From: an uncultured Acidimicrobiaceae bacterium
GTDB taxonomy: Bacteria > Actinomycetota > Acidimicrobiia > Acidimicrobiales > RAAP-2
Direction of reading: 5' to 3'
Assembly (NCBI GenBank): GCA_963803745.1
Contig: CAWDNL010000003.1
Location: 38,379 to 102,378, forward strand
DNA length: 64,000 nt
Each line of letters begins with the position of its first letter. Position 1 is the first letter of the stretch. Positions 47,678 through 54,272 of the stretch are shown in pieces. The notes beneath the pieces were generated by a model. It had not been told where the DNA came from. It saw nothing but the letters and a program-made list of their open reading frames with translations, and made no database searches. A program made the translations under genes and the position numbers.

Positions 47678-48486
47678 GAAGCTAGTGCTAACGCCCGTTG
47701 GGCACTCGTCCAATCGGGCCAGAGGTTGACGGCCCATCCACCAAAGGGTTCACTACTCGTCGCTACGACACCAATGCCTTCGTCAGCGTTCAATAGAACC
47801 ATGGAGCCGCTCTGACCAAAATGGCCGAAACTGGCGGGAGACCAGTCGCCCATCCAGTGTTGCTTTTCGCCTCGCACTTCTGGCCCTATCCCCCAGGGAC
47901 AGGGTGAGAAGCGTCCAAAGCCGGGCACGATGCCCGCGAGGTCCGGCAGGTAGGGGCGTATGAGTCGATCCCGTGTAGCGCGCGCGAGGCCGTCGCAACG
48001 CAGCCACGCCACCGCAAACGCTACGAGGTCCTCAGTGGAGCCACTCACTCCCGCCGCCGGACGGCCCGTGAGCGACGCCGTGGCGAGTCCCAGTGGTTCA
48101 AAGACTCGATAGGCCAACCAGTTGGCCGGGTCGTTCTCTCCGACGATCGCTTGCACCGCGTGCTCGTAGCCAAAGTTGGAGTAGATGCGCTTGGTGCCCA
48201 CGGGCACCACGGGGTCACTCTCTTCGAGTCCAAGACCGCCCGAGTGCGAAAGAAGATTGGCGAAGCTCGCTCCGTGTGGTCCGACGTTTTCGTCGTAGGA
48301 GTGCATGTCCCAGTCGACCTCTACCCCGAAGGCCATGGCCACGGCCATCTTTGACACCGAGGCCCACGGTCGTACTTCGTCGAGGTCACCGTGTTCGCGC
48401 ACTCGAGTCACCGCACCTTCGTGCAATCGCAGCACCACGTACGCGGGCGTGCCGGGCCAGGCGCTATCAAGGTCGTTGCTCACCAT
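47674..48486 (-). CDS. Serine hydrolase (beta-lactamase / DD-peptidase-related family)
   Basis: SVSK (SxxK) motif in WASVSKMAVA. The ATG at 48486 is preferred because the 63-codon upstream extension in the ORF track would run across the cofD start. Confidence 0.7.
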   Translation of the reverse strand: MVSNDLDSAWPGTPAYVVLRLHEGAVTRVREHGDLDEVRPWASVSKMAVAMAFGVEVDWDMHSYDENVGPHGASFANLLSHSGGLGLEESDPVVPVGTKRIYSNFGYEHAVQAIVGENDPANWLAYRVFEPLGLATASLTGRPAAGVSGSTEDLVAFAVAWLRCDGLARATRDRLIRPYLPDLAGIVPGFGRFSPCPWGIGPEVRGEKQHWMGDWSPASFGHFGQSGSMVLLNADEGIGVVATSSEPFGGWAVNLWPDWTSAQRALALAS

Positions 48487-48520
48487 TCGATGATACTCAC
48501 GCGCCTCTAAGGTTTCGGAG

Positions 48521-49435
48521 GTGATAACGGTTCTCAGCGGTGGCGTAGGTGCGGCTCGACTTCTTCGCGCACTCGGCGACGTCCACGAACCTTCAGCGAC
48601 GACGGCCGTCGTGAACGTTGGCGACGACGTGATCATCCACGGACTGACCATCTGCCCGGATCTTGACACGATCACCTACACCCTCGCCGGTCTCAACAAC
48701 GAGGAACTCGGCTGGGGACTGCGAGGCGAGACGTGGCGAGTGATGGACGAGCTCGAAGCACTCGGAGGCGAGGCGTGGTTTCGACTTGGTGACCGAGACC
48801 TCGCCACCCACCTCTACCGCTCGCAGCGCCTGTCTGAAGGCGCCACCAAGACTGAGGCCACGGCCGAGCTCGCTCGACGCCACGGGGTGCGCGTCACGAT
48901 ATTGCCCGTGACCAACGATCCGCTGGCGACCGAGTTCCTCACTGACGAGGGACGACTCTCCTTTCAGGAGTACTTCGTGCGCCGTCACCACGACGTAGTA
49001 ATTCGCTCGATTGAGGTCGTCGGCGCTCAAGAAGCTCACCCGAGTATCGAAGTGATGAGTGCCCTCGAAGGGGCCGGTCGCATCGTGATCGCGCCCTCTA
49101 ATCCGCTGATATCTATCGATCCGATCCTCCAAGTGCCTGGCGTGAGCGACGTACTTCGCGCACGCTCCTCGGACGTCGTCGCCGTCTCCCCACTCATTCG
49201 CGGAGCAGCCCTCAAGGGCCCGGCCGATCGACTCATGCGAGAGCTCGGCCACGAGAGCTCGGCGCTCGGCGTGGTCGACTACTACCAAGGCCTCGTGGGC
49301 ACGTGGATCATCGATGAGGCCGACGCGTCGCTCGCCGATTCGATTCGCGAACGCGGTGTTCGCGTCATCGTCACCACCACCGTCATGGCCGACCCCGATG
49401 ACGCCCGGCGTCTCGCCAAGGCGGTGTTGGCGTGA
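48521..49435 (+). CDS. cofD: 2-phospho-L-lactate transferase (F420 biosynthesis)
   Basis: ITVLSGGVGAARLLRAL N-terminus and CofD/FbiA body. GTG start with GGAG upstream. Confidence 0.9.
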   Translation: MITVLSGGVGAARLLRALGDVHEPSATTAVVNVGDDVIIHGLTICPDLDTITYTLAGLNNEELGWGLRGETWRVMDELEALGGEAWFRLGDRDLATHLYRSQRLSEGATKTEATAELARRHGVRVTILPVTNDPLATEFLTDEGRLSFQEYFVRRHHDVVIRSIEVVGAQEAHPSIEVMSALEGAGRIVIAPSNPLISIDPILQVPGVSDVLRARSSDVVAVSPLIRGAALKGPADRLMRELGHESSALGVVDYYQGLVGTWIIDEADASLADSIRERGVRVIVTTTVMADPDDARRLAKAVLA

Positions 49436-50142
49436 GCGAACTTCGGTTCATTGCTCTAGCGTCGAGCACCATGGTCAAAAGTGGTGATGATCTTGTCACG
49501 TTGATCTTGACGTCCTTGGAAGAGAGCGGCGAAACGTTGCGTCATCACGATCTCATGGTGGTGACGAGCAAAGTGGTCTCCAAGTCCGAGGGACGCGTCG
49601 TCCCCTTCGACGGCACCGACGAAGACAAGGTGAGCATCGTGGAAGCTGAGTCGGTGCGCGTGCTGCGACGAAGGGGCACGTTACGCATCACCGAAACGAG
49701 CCACGGCTTCATCAACGCTAACGCCGGTGTCGACTTGTCGAACGCCGACCAAGGAACGGCGGTGCTGCTGCCGAAGGATCCTGATCGTTCGGCGAGACGA
49801 CTACGAAGTGAGATCGCCCGGCGCACCGGCGTCGAGGTCGCAACACTGATCACTGACACGTTCGGGCGAGTGTGGCGCCAAGGCGTCACCGACGTGGCGC
49901 TCGGCAGCGCCGGTCTTCGTCCGATACTCGATCTTCGCGGCACGACCGACGCCAACGGACGACTACTTGAAGCCACCGAAGTCGCGATTGCGGACGAAAT
50001 CGCGGGTGCCGCGAACCTTGTCCTGCACAAGGCCGCAGCCACGCCCTTCGCACTGGTGCGAGGACTCGACGAGTCATTCTTTGGCGACGGTTCAATCGGT
50101 GAGAACATCGTTCGCACCAAGAACGACGACCTTTTTCGCTGA
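49432..50142 (+). CDS. cofE: Coenzyme F420-0:L-glutamate ligase, single-domain (CofE only)
   Basis: 236 aa. VVTSKVVSKSEGR and HGFINANAGVDLSN motifs. 4-nt overlap with cofD. No nitroreductase-like C-terminal domain is present. Confidence 0.88.
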   Translation: MSELRFIALASSTMVKSGDDLVTLILTSLEESGETLRHHDLMVVTSKVVSKSEGRVVPFDGTDEDKVSIVEAESVRVLRRRGTLRITETSHGFINANAGVDLSNADQGTAVLLPKDPDRSARRLRSEIARRTGVEVATLITDTFGRVWRQGVTDVALGSAGLRPILDLRGTTDANGRLLEATEVAIADEIAGAANLVLHKAAATPFALVRGLDESFFGDGSIGENIVRTKNDDLFR

Positions 50143-51168
50143 TTAGACCCCGCCGAGTCGGACGTCGCCCGAAAGACGCGAGTCCACGGCCACGCGTTCC
50201 TTCGCGCCGACCACGCAGGTCGGACCGAGCACTGAACTCGCGCCGATCACCGCTTCGGGACCAATGATGGATGAGCGGATCTCGCAGCCACTCTGCACCA
50301 CCGCGCCGGGAAGGAGCACGGAGTCCTCAATCACCACGTCTGCACCGACCACGCACCCTTTATCGATGACGGTGTTGATCAAGGTGGAAGACGAATCAAT
50401 CGTCGCCGAAGGATCGCGCCACGAACCATCCACGATTCCCTCGAATAAGTGTTGAGTGTTGCGACCCTTCAAGATGTCCACGTTGGCTTGAAGATAGTGC
50501 TGCGGCGTGCCGGTGTCGAGCCAGTACGCCTCGTCGCTCATCGCGAAGAGTTCCTTGGCGGCGGCCAACTCCGGGAAGGTCTCGCGCTCGACGCTCACGC
50601 GACCGCTCGCGGCGATGCGATCAAGCGCGCGCGGCTCGAATACGTAGGTACCGGCGTTGATCTGATTGGTAGGCGCTTCGCCGGGCGGAGGTTTCTCGAC
50701 GAAGGCCAGGACGCGACCGTCCAGTGCGGTCGGCACCACCCCGAAGTTCGACGGGTCTTCTACGGGGTGGAGAGCGATGGTCACTTCACCTCCGTGATCA
50801 CGATGGAAGGCCAACAGTTTCGTCACGTCCAGGTCGGTGAGCACGTCACCGTTCACCACGAGGAACGTCTCCTCGACGCCGGTTTCGGTCGCCGCGAAAT
50901 GAATGGCGCCGGCGGTATCGAGTGGTTCGGGCTCGACGGCGTAGGTCACCCGAACGCCCGCGATGAGATTCAAGGGATAGGCCGCGGTGAACCGCTCCGG
51001 CAGATAGCCCAGTGAAAGGACCGCGTCGGTCACGCCGTGTCGCGCCAGGGACTCAAGAACGCACTCGATCATCGGAACGCCCACCAGCGGCAACATCTGC
51101 TTGGGCGTCTCGTAGGTCAGCGGCCGCAGTCGAGTGCCCATACCACCGACCAGGATGATCGCCTGCAA
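50143..51168 (-). CDS. manC: Mannose-1-phosphate guanylyltransferase-type NDP-sugar pyrophosphorylase with left-handed beta-helix C-terminus
   Basis: MQAIILVGGMGTRLRPLT signature motif. The C-terminal hexapeptide-repeat region reads VIEDSVLLPGAVVQSGCEIRSSIIGPEAVIG. Confidence 0.85.
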   Translation of the reverse strand: MQAIILVGGMGTRLRPLTYETPKQMLPLVGVPMIECVLESLARHGVTDAVLSLGYLPERFTAAYPLNLIAGVRVTYAVEPEPLDTAGAIHFAATETGVEETFLVVNGDVLTDLDVTKLLAFHRDHGGEVTIALHPVEDPSNFGVVPTALDGRVLAFVEKPPPGEAPTNQINAGTYVFEPRALDRIAASGRVSVERETFPELAAAKELFAMSDEAYWLDTGTPQHYLQANVDILKGRNTQHLFEGIVDGSWRDPSATIDSSSTLINTVIDKGCVVGADVVIEDSVLLPGAVVQSGCEIRSSIIGPEAVIGASSVLGPTCVVGAKERVAVDSRLSGDVRLGGV

Positions 51169-51170
51169 CG

Positions 51171-51959
51171 TCAGCCCTTCGTCGTGGTCGTGGTACTCGC
51201 GGTGGTCGTCGTCGTGCTCGGTTTCGTGGTCGTCGTCGTCGGGACAGTCGTGGTGGTGGTCGTCGTGGGCGTCACCGTGTCGTAGACCATCGCGTCAGCG
51301 GTCGTCTTCGCCGGCGGGCTCGGCGTCACACCCGCCGGCTCAAAGGCCAGCGTCACGCGAAGCTCTTTTGAGAACTTGATGTCCGCGGGATTCGTCACGA
51401 TCGTCGGCTTCTTTTGAGCGAACGAGGTCCAGTACGCGTACTCCACTTTGCCCTTCTGGCCGGCGTACTTCGACTTGGTCGAACACAGCGCGCCGTTCTT
51501 GTACGTGGTCGCGGGATCAGCCGCGCCGGTCGATTTTGGAATCGCGAGTTCCTTGGAAGTCGTGATAAGTCCCGGGTATTCGCTGGCGAAGGTTCTCAGC
51601 GTGGCGTTGTTGCCCGCGTCGAAGGACGACACCGGCGAGAGTCGCACGACGTCATCGCTCTCGAGCACGAAGCCGAGTTTGGTGGACGGATCCGACGTCA
51701 GATAGGGAAGCGTCTGGCCACAAGACTGCACCGACAGCCCGGCGTAGAGCGTCGTGCCGACGGCTGGCTGCACCACGGAAGTGTGCTTTTTGACGGGATT
51801 CTGGTACTCATAGCGCGAATACACCGTTGCGGCCAGGCCCACAATGACGATGACCGCGAGAATTCCGTAGTAGTTACCGGGACGGGTCTTTCGGTAGGTC
51901 TTGCCACCACCGGCGGCACCGACTCTACTGACCCACTTTCCCGAGTTGCTTTTAGCCAC
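51171..51959 (-). CDS. Membrane-anchored hypothetical protein with a poly-Thr C-terminal tail
   Basis: GTG start. One TM (YYGILAVIVIVGLAATVY), a roughly 170-aa extracytoplasmic domain, then the tail TPTTTTTTTVPTTTTTKPSTTTTTASTTTTTKG. The stop lies 2 nt before the manC start. Confidence 0.6.
   Translation of the reverse strand: MAKSNSGKWVSRVGAAGGGKTYRKTRPGNYYGILAVIVIVGLAATVYSRYEYQNPVKKHTSVVQPAVGTTLYAGLSVQSCGQTLPYLTSDPSTKLGFVLESDDVVRLSPVSSFDAGNNATLRTFASEYPGLITTSKELAIPKSTGAADPATTYKNGALCSTKSKYAGQKGKVEYAYWTSFAQKKPTIVTNPADIKFSKELRVTLAFEPAGVTPSPPAKTTADAMVYDTVTPTTTTTTTVPTTTTTKPSTTTTTASTTTTTKG
51174..51278 (-). repeat. Low-complexity ACS-codon (Thr) repeat encoding the poly-Thr tail
   Basis: The plus strand reads as runs of GTCGTGGTCGTGGT/GGTGGTCGTCGT, and 26 of the last 35 codons are Thr. 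Confidence 0.8.
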
Positions 51960-51999
51960 CTCGCAACGTTACTAAATAATGTGATGTACTCCGGCTGCG

Positions 52000-52073
52000 T
52001 AGGGGCGAAGGGACTCGAACCCTCACTGGAGGCGGTTTAAGCGCCCTGCCTCTGCCAATTGGGCTACGCCCCC
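52000..52073 (-). tRNA. 74-nt tRNA with anticodon UAA (Leu by anticodon) and a 5-nt variable region; no encoded CCA
   Basis: Hand-folded cloverleaf. Acceptor GGGGGCG/CGCCCCU. D arm GCC(C)-AAUUGGCAG-(A)GGC. Anticodon arm GGGCG-CUUAAAC-CGCCU, with the anticodon at 52037-52039. Variable region CCAGU. T arm GAGGG-UUCGAGU-CCCUU. Discriminator A73. Confidence 0.75.
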
Positions 52074-52163
52074 ACGCGGCGCGGTCGCGTTGTAACGCTA
52101 ATGCAAAGTTAAGAATGCATTGATACATCATGTTTTTACGCCTTCTCTAACTAGGCTTGTTCC

Positions 52164-53330
52164 ATGCGCGTGCGTCGTCGGGGCACGACACGAACGACCC
52201 CCCTCTTACTCTTAGCGGCAGTTATGGTCGCCTGGCTCGTGGTCCCAACGACGGCCGGGGCCGGTTCGATCGCCCAAACTAAGAAGGCCATCGAGGACCT
52301 TTCGGCGGCCCTGGCTCGCCAAGAGGACCGCAGCGAGATCACCTCGAACGAGTACGACCAGGATGAAGCCAACCTGGCCTCAATCACCTCGAATATCCAC
52401 CAACTCCAGTACGAGGAGACCGTCAAGCGCGCCGCCATCACCATCACCTCAAAAAAGCTGGTGGTCGACGTGGTGCGCGCCTTTGTCTTGAGCTCGGCCG
52501 AGTCGCAGATCCTCCAGTTGTTCAACCAGAACGTCACGCGCAGTGACGCGGGCAAGGTCTATCAGAACATCGTCATCGGCGATCTGAACCAACTCGAGGC
52601 CAAGTACGAACGAGAGAAAGTCTCACTCCAGTCGACCGTCGCCAAGGTGGCCGCGCAACGCGCGAAGGCCGAGAACGCGACCCATCAGATGAAGGTGCTG
52701 CTCGAAGAGAACATCGAACTACAGGACCAAACTCAAGCCACCTTGGCCACCGTGACCGCCGAGTACAAGAGCGAGATCATCAACTACGAAATCAGTGCGG
52801 GAGTCGCCGCGGCGCGCGACAAGAACACCGCCGGCGAAGAGCAGGCCATCGCCGCCGCCTCGGCCGTCGGTGGACAGAGCGCGGCCAACCAGGTAATCGA
52901 GGCGGAGCAACAGGCCATCGCCACGCCCACCATCGCCGAAGTGGCCGGCACCGCCCAGGGACTGGCGGCCGTCAAGTACGCGGAGTCCCAGATCGGCGTG
53001 CCCTACGTGTGGGGTGGCGAGACCCCGGGTGTGGGCTTTGACTGCTCCGGGCTCGTGCAGTGGGCCTGGGGCAAGGCCGGCATCTCTATTCCGCGCACCA
53101 CCGAAACGCAGTGGCCCGACATGGTGCACGTGCTTCTCACGGATCTGCAGCCGGGCGACCTTCTGTACTACTTCAACCTCGACGGTGACAACGAGGTCGA
53201 CCACGTGGTGATGTACGTCGGCTCGGGCCCGTGGGGTATCGATACCACGATCGCCGCGGCCCACACCGGTACCGACGTCGCCTTGGCTCCCCTCTTCACC
53301 GCCGGATTAATCGGCGCGGCGCACCCTTAA
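52164..53330 (+). CDS. Secreted NlpC/P60 (C40) peptidoglycan endopeptidase with N-terminal coiled-coil (RipA-like)
   Basis: Signal peptide, a long Gln/Glu/Ala-rich helical region, and a C-terminal GVPYVWGGETPGVGFDCSGLVQWAW ... DHVVMYVG catalytic Cys/His domain. Confidence 0.9.
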   Translation: MRVRRRGTTRTTPLLLLAAVMVAWLVVPTTAGAGSIAQTKKAIEDLSAALARQEDRSEITSNEYDQDEANLASITSNIHQLQYEETVKRAAITITSKKLVVDVVRAFVLSSAESQILQLFNQNVTRSDAGKVYQNIVIGDLNQLEAKYEREKVSLQSTVAKVAAQRAKAENATHQMKVLLEENIELQDQTQATLATVTAEYKSEIINYEISAGVAAARDKNTAGEEQAIAAASAVGGQSAANQVIEAEQQAIATPTIAEVAGTAQGLAAVKYAESQIGVPYVWGGETPGVGFDCSGLVQWAWGKAGISIPRTTETQWPDMVHVLLTDLQPGDLLYYFNLDGDNEVDHVVMYVGSGPWGIDTTIAAAHTGTDVALAPLFTAGLIGAAHP

Positions 53331-53339
53331 GCGACCGAC

Positions 53340-54272
53340 GTGACCATCGAACTCTCTCTCGTAATTCCGGCCTATAACGAAGCCGACCGACTGGCTTTCG
53401 GCTTCGCGCGCCTGCAGCCTTACCTGGAAACGATTGACACCGCAAGCGTTGAGGTCATTGTCGTGGACGACGGTTCGAGCGACGATACGATGCACCGCGC
53501 GCACGAAGTCTACGGTCACTTGGAGAACGCGCGCTTCGTCCAACAGCCCGCGAACTTGGGTAAGGGCGCGGCGCTGCGCCTCGGTATCGGTCTGGCGCGG
53601 GGCGCCAACGTCGTCACCATTGACGCCGACATGGCCATCGACCCGTTGCAGTTGCCCCTCTTTCAGACCGCGTTGCGCGACAGCGCGCTGGTTCCCGGTT
53701 CCCGAGCCATCAAGGGGCACATCAACTATGACTCCACCCTGCGCACGCTCTTTGGAGAAGCCTTCAACTTCTTCGTTCGTCACTACACCAAGACGACGCT
53801 CCGTGACACTCAGTGTGGATGCAAAGGCTTTCAACTCGGCCCTGCGCGCGTCTTGGCGCTGCTCGCTCTCATCGACGGCTTCGCCTTTGACGTGGAGATT
53901 CTCTACTTAGCTCGCCGACTCGACCTCAGCACTCGGCCGTTGCTCGTGACCTGGCAGGACGTGAGCGGCTCGTCGGTTCGACCGGGTCGCGACTCGCTCG
54001 ACATGTACCGCGACATCCGGGTACTCACCAAGACGCGCTATGAGAACCCCGTCGTGGAACTCTCGCGCGATATCACTACCGACGAGGTATCAACCAGCGC
54101 GGGAGAAGCTCGACTCCACGGACTCGTGCTCGCTCACGGTGAGAGCGACACGCTGCTCGTACTCGGACGAAACGACGCCGTGGGCGGGGCCGGCGTCGCC
54201 GCTCGCCTAAAGGGGGCACTGCGCACGGCGAATGTCGATGAACTCAAGGGTCGACACTTCGAAGCCGTCTAA
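53340..54272 (+). CDS. GT2 polyprenyl-phosphate sugar synthase-like glycosyltransferase (Dpm1/GtrB-like catalytic domain)
   Basis: LVIPAYNEADRL, VVDDGSSDDT, GKGAALRLG, IDADMA and DTQCGCKGF motifs. GTG start. The roughly 90-aa C-terminal region is not hydrophobic. Confidence 0.8.
   Translation: MTIELSLVIPAYNEADRLAFGFARLQPYLETIDTASVEVIVVDDGSSDDTMHRAHEVYGHLENARFVQQPANLGKGAALRLGIGLARGANVVTIDADMAIDPLQLPLFQTALRDSALVPGSRAIKGHINYDSTLRTLFGEAFNFFVRHYTKTTLRDTQCGCKGFQLGPARVLALLALIDGFAFDVEILYLARRLDLSTRPLLVTWQDVSGSSVRPGRDSLDMYRDIRVLTKTRYENPVVELSRDITTDEVSTSAGEARLHGLVLAHGESDTLLVLGRNDAVGGAGVAARLKGALRTANVDELKGRHFEAV

Noticed and set aside
48487-48675. A 63-codon N-terminal extension of the serine hydrolase ORF (ORF track 47674-48675).
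   Set aside because: The extension would overlap the cofD start and promoter on the other strand, and its composition does not look coding. The internal ATG at 48486 gives a normal-length protein.
50143-51168. The nucleotidyltransferase next to cofD-cofE might have been CofC/FbiD, the F420 guanylyltransferase.
   Set aside because: At 341 aa, with a GxGTRLxPLT sugar-1-phosphate motif and a hexapeptide-repeat C-terminus, it is a ManC/GlmU-like architecture. It is not the roughly 210-aa MobA-like CofC. Its orientation is also convergent.
51174-51278. Repetitive GTCGTGGT/GGTGGTCGTCGT DNA that might have been a VNTR or CRISPR-like repeat.
   Set aside because: It is in frame and encodes the poly-Thr tail. 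There is no repeat-spacer periodicity.
51998-52075. The tRNA acceptor stem could be extended to 9 bp (GUGGGGGCG/CGCCCCUAC), which recalls tRNA-Sec or allo-tRNA geometries.
   Set aside because: The extra two pairs come from flanking nucleotides. With a normal 5-bp T stem, U8/A9 linker and no long variable arm, the canonical 7/5 fold explains it more simply. It is probably precursor complementarity.
52074-52163. A possible cyclic-di-AMP (ydaO-type) riboswitch upstream of the NlpC/P60 hydrolase, as seen for some actinobacterial wall hydrolases.
   Set aside because: Only about 90 nt are available, the region is AT-rich and promoter-like, and I could not find the conserved ydaO helices. There is only a 6-bp AATGCA/TGCATT dyad at 52100-52121.
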